Virus record (IMG/VR): IMGVR_UViG_3300027419_000014
Strand: one strand, 5' to 3'
DNA from: a virus
DNA: 40,579 nucleotides
Below the pieces are notes generated by a model. That model did no database searches and was not told the origin of the DNA. It saw only the letters and a program-made list of their open reading frames with translations. A program made the translations under genes and the position numbers. Shown piece after piece: positions 31,121 through 40,579 of the stretch. The number at the start of each line of letters is the position of its first letter. The stretch's first letter is position 1.

Positions 31121-32200
31121 TTATAAACTTAATTGCCATGATTTTGTCGATATCCCAACTATAGACTGGCTCATTGCAGAAATTTTCCAAAAAATTTGTT
31201 GATTGGAATCGACAATTGCAGTAGGTTCTGCTTGTGCTAATCCATATACTCCAGCTACAGCACTATCATAGCAAGCCGCACACGAATTTATATTCGATGA
31301 ACCAACATCAGCCTCAAAAGTTGATCCAACTTGTAAAAATTCTGTATTAGTAGATTGCGCAGTGTTCGCTTGCAATTTTACGATCATTTTTACCATAGAA
31401 CCTATGGGAGCTGAGACAGTGAGTAAATTTCTATTCACATTTCCAGCTGCTGCCCCAGGTCTATCAGCAATTACTGTTTTATAGATACACTGGAATAAAT
31501 CAACAGTCGGTCTGCTAAATTTTGATGGAATAAATTGTGTTGAGGCATTTGTTAAAGCCGCACCAATTATTCTTTTTTTTGTATATCCAGTCGGCATCGT
31601 TGGCGAAGTAGAAGATAGTGACATTAGATAATCTACTGCTGATGTTGTAGGATTTAATATTCTATAAAAATAATAAACTTTTGAAGCTGCAAAAGTTCCG
31701 GTATCCAACATTCCATTTCCAGTACCTGCGGCCCAAGAGGAGCTAGTTTTTGACATACCTACTACATCCGCAATCCATTCCGTTGAATCATCACTCCAGT
31801 GTTTTCCAACTCCAAAATCCATAATAGAATTAGGAGTCCCTACATTATTTGATATACTTCCAAAAGATTCTCTCAAAGAAGCTATTCTTGAAAGAATTTG
31901 AGTATAGGTCGCTTTAACCGAAGGGATAAGAGTATCAACAATGCTTGAGAATGTTCCATCTGTTGATATTTTCACACCACTATCTTTAAGTATTTTTCCA
32001 GTTATACCGTCAAAAAGCGCAATATCACTATCAACACTTGAAGTAAGAACTTCTATTTTTGAAGATTCTAGGCTTGAAAAATTTGACCATATTTCAGCGT
32101 TATTTGCTCTAAGATGATCTCCACGGGCAGCAGCTGTATCACTAAATAAAGGTGTAGGATTAGCCGGTAAACTTGGATCTGTAGGATATGGTAAGCTCAT
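31121..32200 (-). CDS. Tail fibre protein
   Basis: 359 aa, downstream of the baseplate genes, with Ser/Thr/Ala-rich beta-type composition. The call is positional. Confidence 0.45.
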   Translation of the reverse strand: MSLPYPTDPSLPANPTPLFSDTAAARGDHLRANNAEIWSNFSSLESSKIEVLTSSVDSDIALFDGITGKILKDSGVKISTDGTFSSIVDTLIPSVKATYTQILSRIASLRESFGSISNNVGTPNSIMDFGVGKHWSDDSTEWIADVVGMSKTSSSWAAGTGNGMLDTGTFAASKVYYFYRILNPTTSAVDYLMSLSSTSPTMPTGYTKKRIIGAALTNASTQFIPSKFSRPTVDLFQCIYKTVIADRPGAAAGNVNRNLLTVSAPIGSMVKMIVKLQANTAQSTNTEFLQVGSTFEADVGSSNINSCAACYDSAVAGVYGLAQAEPTAIVDSNQQIFWKISAMSQSIVGISTKSWQLSL

Positions 32201-33288
32201 TTTTGCCTCACATCGGTTATAGTATATTCTACTTCTGATACAATCAGAGTAAATGTTTTATTCACGGGCTTAACCCTGCGTAATAATTCTATCAATGTTG
32301 CAAGTGCGACCGTTCCACCCGCTATTTGTGTAACTTCAATTGTAATTTCATCTGTAAATATAGCAATTTCCGACCATGTAGAAAAAGTTCCATACCCTTG
32401 GCTTAATCCCGTAACAGGAGGAGGTACTTGGGAATCAATCGCATATGTAACAGTTGTAGGATTAGGTGCCCATACTGTAATAGCTTCGGGATTAGGCCTT
32501 GCTCCTGCTGGATTAACAAGGCCTAAATCTATATTTGGCATTGAATTTTTTCGCCACGCCACTCCATCACAATAATAAATACTGCCACTATCTCCTGTGC
32601 TGTCATCATTAACAATAGCGACCGTTCCCGCTGAAGGTATAGCAATTGGAATATTAACAGAAAATACATAAGCATTATTAAAATCAGTTACTGGTCGAGG
32701 TGCACACCAGACAATATTTCCACCTGATAAATAACCTCTTGAATAAGATACAGCAGAAGCCGCTTTTTGTGTCCATCCAGTAGGAGTCGCCCATGCACGT
32801 GGAATATATATTGTATCCGCTGGAGTTGCCGGACTTGATGCCGTAGAATAAATTAAAAATCCAGTATCCATTAATGAAGATATTAAATTCCCGGCTGTTA
32901 TTCCATTTCCGATCATTGTAAACCAAGAAAATGGGGGCAAACTCAAAGTCTGTATAATCATTGATATATTATAAATTGTGCTAACACTCCATGCACTTGA
33001 CAATAATCTATATAAATAAGCTGCTTGATTATTAGTCCCCCCAAAAAATCCCATTCCGTAAAGAGTTGTCAAATATTCTAGCCATGGAGTACGAGGACTA
33101 TCCGGATGATTATATAACCAAGGTGTTAATAATAATTGCTTCATATTAACTGAATCATTCGCACGTTTCGAAAGTATATTATTCCACCATAAAACATAAT
33201 CTTGGGTAGACTGCAAAGCCTGCGCGGACAGGTTAAAATATCCTGGAGGTGTAAGATTGGCAACTGTTAAAGCTGAAACTACATCCAT
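32197..33288 (-). CDS. Baseplate-distal tail protein (gpI/XkdU-position)
   Basis: 363 aa, immediately after the baseplate J-like gene with a 10-nt overlap. Confidence 0.35.
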   Translation of the reverse strand: MDVVSALTVANLTPPGYFNLSAQALQSTQDYVLWWNNILSKRANDSVNMKQLLLTPWLYNHPDSPRTPWLEYLTTLYGMGFFGGTNNQAAYLYRLLSSAWSVSTIYNISMIIQTLSLPPFSWFTMIGNGITAGNLISSLMDTGFLIYSTASSPATPADTIYIPRAWATPTGWTQKAASAVSYSRGYLSGGNIVWCAPRPVTDFNNAYVFSVNIPIAIPSAGTVAIVNDDSTGDSGSIYYCDGVAWRKNSMPNIDLGLVNPAGARPNPEAITVWAPNPTTVTYAIDSQVPPPVTGLSQGYGTFSTWSEIAIFTDEITIEVTQIAGGTVALATLIELLRRVKPVNKTFTLIVSEVEYTITDVRQK

Positions 33289-34682
33289 GCCACTACCGCC
33301 AGAGTAACATTTATATTTGCCGGATCTATAAAAGTAAACCTGTCAAAATATGAAGTATAATCAGAAAATAATTCATCATTTTCAAAATCAATAAAAGTTT
33401 TTGCGCCTCCAATTGTTAATGTGACTAGTGATTCTCCTACAATTTGAGGATCTATAACAACTGTCATAGATGGTACAGAATCAAAAATAATATTTGGAGT
33501 ATTTGCCATTGTGTCAAGATCGTTAACAAGCCCTTGAATAGTTCCTACTCCAAAAGCAGGAGATATGGTACCCGCCTGTGCATTTACCCCGGTAATAGCT
33601 ATTGTTGTTACAACCGGAGGATTTATACCATCATCATAAGTAATGTCAGTATTCCCATTTATACCAGAAAGTAACTGCATTAGACGGTTAATAAAATAAA
33701 CCGCAAAATCGTTCGCCTGTGTAATAAGTTCGGCAGTTGTCGCATTGCTTGAAGCTCTGATATTTATAGTAATTGTAAGAGTAGTTTCAACCGGCTGTGC
33801 TACTGTAAAATAATAACTTAAAGGCACTCCTGCATTTAATACAGATCCACTCATAACCACATGTAAAGAACTTCCGGTATTTTGAGAATTTACAAATTCA
33901 AGTCTTTCAGAAAGTATTTGAAATATTTGAGCTATCTCCGCAGCCCCCGCCAATATTCCGCTAGGAGTTTTAACGATTAGATTATACCCATTTGCCGGAA
34001 CAGGAACAGGAGTATTTAACCCGACTTGAGTATTATTTACATAAATATAAGCATCAGGATAATATTTTTTAACTTCTGTTTCGACTGCTACCGATCCATT
34101 TTGCGTTCCGTATTGTGTTTTTTCACCGGTGATACGGTTTAAATAAATAGCGTCACTTTCTGCATCTGCACCAGATAAAAACGGTAAAGGATTAATAGCC
34201 GTTAAATCCGCAAGACCATCAATTATAAAAGACTGTCCTGAGGGGATATTTCCAGCAAGTCCTTCTTCCATGGCAGTTATAGATACATCTAAAGTCCCGC
34301 TTGATCCAGGTACAATTAAAGGCAATGATCCTGTTTCATACTGTTGTCCTGTGGAGGCTGTACATATATTTTCAGCAGGTATAGTTATTGGCAATGCTGT
34401 TGGATTTGTTACTACAATATAACCACTAGCTGCAATTTCATCTTTACGCGGATTATTTGGATTCATTAAATCAATCATTGTGCCAATTGGAGACATAAAC
34501 AACGCCATTGTCTCACCGTTATTTTCATCTATATTGACGCTGGCCTGTGCAAACATATTCGCCAGAATAAGCTCCGGAGGGTTTCCGGGAGCGAAAACAA
34601 TAGATGCCGGCGCATCTGCAATAATTTCACTTAAAGCAGTGTCCAGAGTAAGGGGAGTGAATACACCATTAGTAACGGGCAT
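33279..34682 (-). CDS. Baseplate J-like protein
   Basis: 467 aa and the largest baseplate ORF. Its position after the gp25/W-like gene matches P2, Mu and PBSX modules. Confidence 0.5.
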   Translation of the reverse strand: MPVTNGVFTPLTLDTALSEIIADAPASIVFAPGNPPELILANMFAQASVNIDENNGETMALFMSPIGTMIDLMNPNNPRKDEIAASGYIVVTNPTALPITIPAENICTASTGQQYETGSLPLIVPGSSGTLDVSITAMEEGLAGNIPSGQSFIIDGLADLTAINPLPFLSGADAESDAIYLNRITGEKTQYGTQNGSVAVETEVKKYYPDAYIYVNNTQVGLNTPVPVPANGYNLIVKTPSGILAGAAEIAQIFQILSERLEFVNSQNTGSSLHVVMSGSVLNAGVPLSYYFTVAQPVETTLTITINIRASSNATTAELITQANDFAVYFINRLMQLLSGINGNTDITYDDGINPPVVTTIAITGVNAQAGTISPAFGVGTIQGLVNDLDTMANTPNIIFDSVPSMTVVIDPQIVGESLVTLTIGGAKTFIDFENDELFSDYTSYFDRFTFIDPANINVTLAVVAWM

Positions 34683-34690
34683 GATATCTC

Positions 34691-34999
34691 CTAACTAACC
34701 ACAAACATACCGTCTGCACTTGACGATATACTTTGAGGTTGATAATATTTTGTAACTATGCGCTTTATATCTGCGACTTTATCGTTGTTACTCGTTGAAA
34801 GTTTCCAAATTAGAGGGTTCCTCCCATACTGATCATCAACAAAATATGATTGTTGCTCACATCTGCACTCGCTCATAGCGTCCTGCTCAAGGCTTTCAAT
34901 ACCAGAAACTTGTTCAGATAAACCGGTTGTAGGATTAAGAACTATATCACCGTTGCCGTCAAGTTTTATTGCCATATCAATATTTAACTTCCATTTCAA
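34691..34999 (-). CDS. Baseplate wedge protein (gp25/W-like, tentative)
   Basis: 102 aa, between the spike-like and J-like genes. Size and position fit. Confidence 0.4.
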   Translation of the reverse strand: MKWKLNIDMAIKLDGNGDIVLNPTTGLSEQVSGIESLEQDAMSECRCEQQSYFVDDQYGRNPLIWKLSTSNNDKVADIKRIVTKYYQPQSISSSADGMFVVS

Positions 35000-35162
35000 T
35001 AAATTTCATGGGAAAAAATTTACGGTATAATCTTATAAATATATTTTTATCAGGCATTATTATTTCTGCGCATTCTCCATTTAATTTTTTGTGCAAATCT
35101 TTTTCATTACGCGCTATTTCCCATTTATTTTTATTTAATCTTTTAAATCTTATAACTTTCAT
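34977..35162 (-). CDS. Small basic hypothetical protein
   Basis: 61-aa ORF filling the gap between the spike and wedge genes. It overlaps the wedge ORF by 23 nt. Confidence 0.2.
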   Translation of the reverse strand: MKVIRFKRLNKNKWEIARNEKDLHKKLNGECAEIIMPDKNIFIRLYRKFFPMKFIEMEVKY

Positions 35163-35172
35163 TTATATCCCC

Positions 35173-35685
35173 TTAATCCAACTTATGATTCTGTGATAAA
35201 TTTGAAGATGACCATTCAACATATGGAGGGACTTGAGGGAAAGGAGCGATTCCTCCCAAGTCTACAACTCCACCAGAAGGAGCAACACCCGTTGCTCCCC
35301 ATGTACGAAGGGCTTTAATAGATGCGTCCACATTCTTAGCCCATATTTCAGTAGGATCTCCAAGAACCATTTTATTTGTCCCAAGTCCAAGAGTCATTTT
35401 ACCTTTAACTACCATGTCGCAAAGAGTCGTAAATAGTTCCGCGAATGTGGCTATTATTACCGGGTTTGACCCGCCATTATCATCAAAAGACCTCACAGAA
35501 CTATGATCAAACGGGTTTATGCTTTCTGCGCATAATACAATATCATTTACAACCGGGACAATATGATTTGCCGATAATGCTAAAATATCAGGTGCTGATT
35601 TACCATCATTACGGGTGTAAAAAGGTGATACAACCCATGTTCCCGTTTCCGTACCAGCTTGTTTAACTGTCGCGCTATAGATCAT
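35173..35685 (-). CDS. Baseplate spike / gpV-like protein (tentative)
   Basis: 170 aa, sharing 1 nt with the hub-like gene. The call is positional. Confidence 0.4.
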   Translation of the reverse strand: MIYSATVKQAGTETGTWVVSPFYTRNDGKSAPDILALSANHIVPVVNDIVLCAESINPFDHSSVRSFDDNGGSNPVIIATFAELFTTLCDMVVKGKMTLGLGTNKMVLGDPTEIWAKNVDASIKALRTWGATGVAPSGGVVDLGGIAPFPQVPPYVEWSSSNLSQNHKLD

Positions 35686-36845
35686 TATAATAACCCCGAT
35701 GCTTCATATATAGCAGTCTCCATTAATCCATCTACTCTGAACTGACTCATGACCCAATTATTTGAAGATGTTACTTCACATATAGATTCTTGTCTACTCC
35801 ATTTTATTAAATATCTTATAATCCATGCATCATAAGAATCATATACTTTTTTTAAAACAGTAGAAGGGGGAGCCGGATTTTTAACCAGTCCCCCGAAAAA
35901 TTTACTTTGAATATCATTATAGATAATTACTTTATTAAAAAGTTTACAATCAAATATAGCCGATTTAAATTTTATATTTGCATAATTTTCTACACCTAGC
36001 CCCCAAGCCATATAACCAACTGATCCGAGAAAAGAAAATTTAGCAGGTTTATAATCTAATTGTTTAGGCGCGCTGGATTGGCCTTCATTATAAAATTTAA
36101 CTATATTTTTTGAATAATCTATTGTATAAACTAATCTGTTTTGCAAGCATAATTCTGATAAAAGATTATTCAATTTCATCGGAGGAAATATTTTTTCTGT
36201 AGCTGGGATCATTGTGGGGTGAGACATGAAACTATAATCAGCGGTCATAGAAGGATTTAATTTATTAAGAAATTTATCCATTTGAGATTTAAAAGAAGAT
36301 TTTTTGTCGATTTGTACCGCTACTGCTCCTTTGATAAGAATATCGTCAACCATTGCGCCATGCAAAACCATTGTTATAAGTGTTCCGTATGTATCAGGAT
36401 AAAGAGGAGCGGCATATACAATAAATTTTCTTGATATTGTATTTTCATCTGCGCCTTTTACAACCATGGCTGCATATGTAATATTTGTTTTTATATTAGG
36501 AATTTTAAAATTAGGGTCACTCATTTGAGATATGCTATTCGCCGAATTATTAAAAGTAGGAGCAAAAAAAAGTATAAGCTCTGCAGAGGGGGATTTAATA
36601 CTAGCTGAAAATTTTGATTTTAAAGCTGATCCTAATGGTATTCCTATGTGTTCAAATTGAGCGGAATATTCGCACGAAAATACTTTTAAGCTGCTGATAG
36701 ATACACTCGGATTTCCTTTAATCGTCGGAACATTCTTCATTACTTCTTTTTGTATTTCTTTTGTACTAAATCTGTCATCGCTGCTCATTGCATCAATGAC
36801 AACAATTGGAAAAAGAGATCTATTGAACGTATAAAAAATTAACAT
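35685..36845 (-). CDS. Baseplate hub / late-control-D-like protein (tentative)
   Basis: 386 aa, in the position of P2 gpD, Mu gp44 or PBSX XkdQ. Confidence 0.4.
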   Translation of the reverse strand: MLIFYTFNRSLFPIVVIDAMSSDDRFSTKEIQKEVMKNVPTIKGNPSVSISSLKVFSCEYSAQFEHIGIPLGSALKSKFSASIKSPSAELILFFAPTFNNSANSISQMSDPNFKIPNIKTNITYAAMVVKGADENTISRKFIVYAAPLYPDTYGTLITMVLHGAMVDDILIKGAVAVQIDKKSSFKSQMDKFLNKLNPSMTADYSFMSHPTMIPATEKIFPPMKLNNLLSELCLQNRLVYTIDYSKNIVKFYNEGQSSAPKQLDYKPAKFSFLGSVGYMAWGLGVENYANIKFKSAIFDCKLFNKVIIYNDIQSKFFGGLVKNPAPPSTVLKKVYDSYDAWIIRYLIKWSRQESICEVTSSNNWVMSQFRVDGLMETAIYEASGLL

Positions 36846-37153
36846 TAGTAATCTATCCGATAAAATATACAGTTTTCATCCGTTATTCTTAAAGAAGGAA
36901 TTGCCCCTGTAGAAAACAGCCCGCAAAATATATCTCTCCCTGGCATTGCATAAACATAAGCAATCTGTATATCTTCGCCAGTTGAAGAATCATATATTAA
37001 AACTTTATCTCCATTATCATCTGTAGAATCATATTCCCATGTAGCGACCGCTCCGTCCTGACATTGTATTGAAGACCGGGTACCCTGCGCAGGAGTTGGG
37101 AAAGAAAATTGTGTTGTTATCAATGTTTCATTTATATTTTTCCAATTGCTCAA
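36845..37153 (-). CDS. Hypothetical tail protein
   Basis: 102-aa ORF, translationally coupled to both neighbours. Confidence 0.3.
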   Translation of the reverse strand: MSNWKNINETLITTQFSFPTPAQGTRSSIQCQDGAVATWEYDSTDDNGDKVLIYDSSTGEDIQIAYVYAMPGRDIFCGLFSTGAIPSLRITDENCIFYRIDY

Positions 37154-37830
37154 AATAAACCCCCTATTGTTGAGCCAACACTTGCAAGGGGACTTACAAT
37201 TTCTCCAGCAATAGCAGAAACAGCACCGGCAAGAGTTGAAACATTTCGAGGTGTAAACTGTTCCCTTATCCTTAATTTTAGAATAATTCCGTCTTTTCCC
37301 CCCTCGTGTGATGCCTCAATATCTTCTATATACCATGCTGAAGAAAGATAAGGGGTAGCTTGCTGTAAAACTCCAAGAGAAAAATAATTGCTTAAAATCA
37401 TAATTGGTTGCATATTATTTTTCATTTGGACAAGAGATGATATTTGAGAAGAGACATAACCAGTAGTTAAATTAGATAAATTTGGTAATATTGCCCCATA
37501 TGATGCTATAGAATTTATTATAGCTGCAATTGCTGTCAAAGCAGTTTGAACAATTTTAAATAAATCGGGATTCTTCCCGTCATGTTCTGACATTGCCAGT
37601 GAAAGCTCCATTGTTGATGGCTGAATAACCGAACGGGTTTTCATTTCACCAACTTGAGTTAATGCGCCCGGTAAATTAGCAGATGCATGCATAGTTTCTT
37701 CAGGGATTTCACATAAACAAAAAAGCGGAGTCGGCGCGCCCGGGCATGGCATACCAATAATTACTGCTGAATTAACAAGAGAAGTAATCGCATTTGTAAT
37801 AAGAGTCGCTGGATTTAAAGTAAAACTCAT
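37150..37830 (-). CDS. Hypothetical tail protein following the tape measure
   Basis: 226 aa with a 4-nt overlap with the tape-measure gene. It sits in the position of XkdP or a DNA-circulation protein. Confidence 0.3.
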   Translation of the reverse strand: MSFTLNPATLITNAITSLVNSAVIIGMPCPGAPTPLFCLCEIPEETMHASANLPGALTQVGEMKTRSVIQPSTMELSLAMSEHDGKNPDLFKIVQTALTAIAAIINSIASYGAILPNLSNLTTGYVSSQISSLVQMKNNMQPIMILSNYFSLGVLQQATPYLSSAWYIEDIEASHEGGKDGIILKLRIREQFTPRNVSTLAGAVSAIAGEIVSPLASVGSTIGGLF

Positions 37831-39008
37831 TTATCAAACCTCGGAATTGTTGGTCTATATTCCGACGGAATATGAAGTTTATCCATAACCGTATTAGCTG
37901 TATCAACCATTTTTTTAATAGTTTTTGGAAATTCTGCGAGTGCATTTGTAGCCGTAACGATCGCCCCAGCAAATTGAACCCCTGTATCGACTAATTGTAA
38001 TTGCATTTTATTTAAAGATTGATCCATAGTTTTAAAAGTTGTTGCAGCATCACCGGCTGTCGTAGCTTGAAACATTCCAAAAGTCTGAGATTCCGCTCTA
38101 TTTTTAAAACCTGCATTTGTTTCTTGACCGACTTGGCCTTCTTTGCTCTGGATTAGTTCACTATTATTTTTTAATAACGAAGTTTGTATTATTTGCGCCA
38201 CAGATGGAGGTAATCCAGCTGTTTGATTTGTAATTTGCTGTAGCATCCATCCCTTATCTGTTCCTGTTGATTCCCAATTACCAGAAGCAACCCTGCTAAG
38301 AGCTGCGGTATCTTTTTTATCTACTAACTCATTTAAAACATCTTGCATCGGTTTTTTTATTTTACCAAAAGAACTGGAAATTGCCATAACCAACTGAGCA
38401 TGTTCCGAATTTGACATGCCTCCTTTATTTACTTCATCCCCACCGTAATATTTAGTAGTTGAATTTCTAGCAGAAAGTCCATATGCTCCTTCTGCTGATT
38501 GTTTCGCCATTGTAAGCGCACCGGATGCCATGTCTACCATAGAATTAGTTATATCAGATAAACCTTTAGGGAGTTGGCCCAAAGTATTTCCTAAAACTGA
38601 AATACCCGATAATGCAGTACCCAAACCGGAACTTGCAGACTTAATAACATTTAAAGGATCAAATGTCGCTGCTGAACTTGCAAAATCTTTTGTTGCATTA
38701 CCGAACTGTTTTGCTCCATAAGAAAACTTGTTAATATTTTTTTCTTGCTGTTTATCTTCTTTTTTTTGTTCAGGATTCGGCTGCGTGGAAGATGTTGTAA
38801 TTTGTGCTTGACCCGTAATCCCAGCCATACTTGCCATTGATTTAACCGAAGACATAGCTTTTGAAATATTACTTTTACCCATATCAATAACAGGTTTAAG
38901 CTTTGAAAGATTGTTAGCTTCCTTTTTTACTTTAGCAATATTGGATAGGACAACATTCTGCCCTTTAACTCCAATACTAACAAAAAATTCATCTAAAGTC
39001 CCTGCCAT
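37827..39008 (-). CDS. Tail tape measure protein
   Basis: 393 aa, Ala/Gly/Ser/Thr/Gln-rich, directly downstream of the frameshifting chaperone gene. Confidence 0.6.
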   Translation of the reverse strand: MAGTLDEFFVSIGVKGQNVVLSNIAKVKKEANNLSKLKPVIDMGKSNISKAMSSVKSMASMAGITGQAQITTSSTQPNPEQKKEDKQQEKNINKFSYGAKQFGNATKDFASSAATFDPLNVIKSASSGLGTALSGISVLGNTLGQLPKGLSDITNSMVDMASGALTMAKQSAEGAYGLSARNSTTKYYGGDEVNKGGMSNSEHAQLVMAISSSFGKIKKPMQDVLNELVDKKDTAALSRVASGNWESTGTDKGWMLQQITNQTAGLPPSVAQIIQTSLLKNNSELIQSKEGQVGQETNAGFKNRAESQTFGMFQATTAGDAATTFKTMDQSLNKMQLQLVDTGVQFAGAIVTATNALAEFPKTIKKMVDTANTVMDKLHIPSEYRPTIPRFDK

Positions 39009-39108
39009 ATTTTAGCTTTCCTTTCCAGTCTTTCAATTTCTTCAGAATCAATCCTTTCAGCTTCAGTATAAGACAAAATATTTGTAACGATCAAAAAATC
39101 ATAATCGA

Positions 39109-39579
39109 TTATAGATATGGGGTAAAAAAAAAGTTCTCCGCTATCTGTGAAAGAAGCTGTATAACTTCAGCGTCAACCCCAGAAAAATCTTTAGAAATGG
39201 GAACTGCGCCTATTGTAATACATCTCTGAGAATTAAGTTCTTCAAGAGCCGACATTATAGAATATTCTCGACAACGTGCAATCCTTAAGCTGTTATTAGG
39301 TTTGTTGATCGTATAATTTACACTATCATATGTAAAAGTAACTTTATCCTTATTATACTCTACAATTTCAGCAAGTCTGCACACTGAAATTTTTTTTCTT
39401 AATTTTTCAGATTCAGGAGCAGTTGACTTTAAAAGATTAAGCCAGTTTCTTTCTGCTTCTGTCGGGGCTGAAGTAGTTCCATCCCCGATCTCAATACTAT
39501 TAGCATCTATAAGCATAAGCCTTTCTCTTGATATTTTTGGTAAATCATTGTCGTTTATTCTTTTATCACCAAAAATCAT
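39109..39579 (-). CDS. Tail assembly chaperone (short form); -1 frameshift extension to 38993
   Basis: 156 aa between the tube and tape-measure genes. A run of 9 U (plus-strand A run at 39124..39132) lies 4 codons before the stop. The -1 frame stays open for 43 further codons. Confidence 0.55.
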   Translation of the reverse strand: MIFGDKRINDNDLPKISRERLMLIDANSIEIGDGTTSAPTEAERNWLNLLKSTAPESEKLRKKISVCRLAEIVEYNKDKVTFTYDSVNYTINKPNNSLRIARCREYSIMSALEELNSQRCITIGAVPISKDFSGVDAEVIQLLSQIAENFFFTPYL

Positions 39580-40055
39580 ATTTCAGCTCCTGTCGAAGGA
39601 TCAACCACCGCAACATCTCCAAAATCTATTTTAGCAGTGACATATCCTTTTCCCCGTGCGACTGAAGGAATAGGAGGAGTTTTGAAAAAACATCTTTGAT
39701 GTCGGTGTATTCTCGCACCTTCTAGGGATGCGGTATCATACTTATAATAAAAATCAAAGTTGAATATTTTCTGAATCCGAGCCTGTCCCCATGACAAGAG
39801 CTTATCATAATCAGTGCCCAAAAGAAATGTCACATCCCTTTCTCCAGCCCTGGGTAAAGATTGCATTACAACATCCCTTGTCCCATCGGCAGACATAAAC
39901 CTCTCACCTCTTTCAGTTTTCATGGTTATTTCTCCGAGAAGTTCATCCTCATTATACATCGTATCTCCTGAAAAAGAGATAGTTTCTCCTGACATTGGAT
40001 CAGTAAATGTTGCGATACACTCACCAATCGATATTGATAATGATTCCTGTCCCAT
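39576..40055 (-). CDS. Tail tube protein
   Basis: 159 aa, between the sheath and chaperone genes. Confidence 0.5.
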   Translation of the reverse strand: MGQESLSISIGECIATFTDPMSGETISFSGDTMYNEDELLGEITMKTERGERFMSADGTRDVVMQSLPRAGERDVTFLLGTDYDKLLSWGQARIQKIFNFDFYYKYDTASLEGARIHRHQRCFFKTPPIPSVARGKGYVTAKIDFGDVAVVDPSTGAEI

Positions 40056-40066
40056 TTACTTACCTC

Positions 40067-40579
40067 TTAATTAAAATTAAATAGAATTGTTGCATAATGA
40101 GTTGCTGAAAAAGGTCTTATTTGACCCACAATACTTCCTACTGGAATTATACCTTGACTCTGCCAAGACGGATTAAGTCCATCAATCTGAGTTTTAGATT
40201 TCATAATCAATGTATAATCGGCCTTATTAGTTTCATCAGTTGAAATTACTCCCAGGCTCCATAAAATTCCAAGTGCAGTATTAACAAGAGAATAAAGTTT
40301 ACCAACTCCCTTCATACTTGCTTCAAGTCCGGTCTGCCCAGCAGCCTGAAGAGCATTCCTGCAAAATACAGTTACATAATCGTCAATATAATCCTCTGCA
40401 ATAATTGATTCTATTTCCGGCGTTGTCGGGGGATTAACAGAGCTGTTCATATATGTATCATAGACAAAAAGTGAGCCGGCCTGATCTTTTGCACCGTTAT
40501 ATTGTGCTAAAGAATTAGACTCTATATATGATCTAGTTGCAGCATTATATGTGTCTCCATTTACGCCTGGTAAATCGTG
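40067..40579 (-). CDS. Tail sheath protein, C-terminal part (continuation of 775..1)
   Basis: The track ORF 40067..40450 is open upstream through 40579 in the same frame. Nt 40453..40579 duplicate nt 1..127, so this is the 3' part of the wrapped 386-aa ORF. Confidence 0.6.
   Translation of the reverse strand, partial: HDLPGVNGDTYNAATRSYIESNSLAQYNGAKDQAGSLFVYDTYMNSSVNPPTTPEIESIIAEDYIDDYVTVFCRNALQAAGQTGLEASMKGVGKLYSLVNTALGILWSLGVISTDETNKADYTLIMKSKTQIDGLNPSWQSQGIIPVGSIVGQIRPFSATHYATILFNFN
40453..40579. repeat. Terminal duplication copy 2 (identical to 1..127)
   Basis: Exact 127/127 match to the window start. Confidence 0.95.

Noticed and set aside
30229-34682. Diversity-generating retroelement acting on the fibre/propeller genes
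   Set aside because: No reverse transcriptase ORF exists anywhere in the genome. I saw no template/variable repeat pair near the 3' ends of these genes.
1-40579. Lysogeny module (integrase, excisionase, CI-type repressor) or attP overlapping the tRNA-like genes
   Set aside because: No tyrosine or serine recombinase motifs, and no divergently transcribed repressor, were found on either strand. Both tRNA-like genes have complete 5' and 3' acceptor halves rather than a 3' fragment typical of attP. The lifestyle therefore remains unresolved, despite the antirepressor-like gene.

Overview
The window is a complete, circularly closed genome of an AT-rich dsDNA phage with a contractile tail. Nt 1-127 are repeated exactly at 40453-40579, so the unique length is 40,452 bp, and the tail-sheath gene runs across the window junction. 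Almost every gene is on the minus strand, in four blocks. (1) Packaging, head and neck run 14509->786: terS, terL, a glycosyltransferase/methyltransferase island, an HNH-AP2 endonuclease, portal, an EncFtn-like ferritin, a Mu-F-like protein, scaffold, capsid and connectors. (2) Tail genes run 775->wrap->30229: sheath, tube, a chaperone with a -1 frameshift, tape measure, PBSX/Mu-type baseplate, fibres and a Kelch propeller. (3) A three-gene membrane/lysis cassette runs 29438->28647 and ends at a terminator. (4) An early/replication-recombination block runs 28480->15172: PD-(D/E)XK nuclease, SSB-like protein, KilAC antirepressor, replisome organizer, YopX, HNH, RusA, a radical SAM enzyme and many zinc-ribbon micro-ORFs. 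Only two islands are on the plus strand: 15801-16567 and the SGNH lipoprotein at 29579-30250. Shine-Dalgarno sites are strong, and a conserved TTGACT-17-TAnnnT promoter box recurs three times. I found no integrase, CI-like repressor, DNA polymerase, CRISPR array or reverse transcriptase. The features most worth a second look are: two tandem tRNA-like genes with expanded anticodon arms; a 53-unit GCCANN hexamer array encoding a pure (Ser/Asp/Tyr)-Gly polymer in a small operon with an HTH gene; an EncFtn-type half-ferritin in the head module; a virion-module glycosyltransferase/O-methyltransferase pair; a radical SAM gene among Cys-rich micro-ORFs; and a structured kissing-loop/terminator leader ahead of the antirepressor gene. 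All functional calls come from motifs read by eye and from gene order. No database search was possible.
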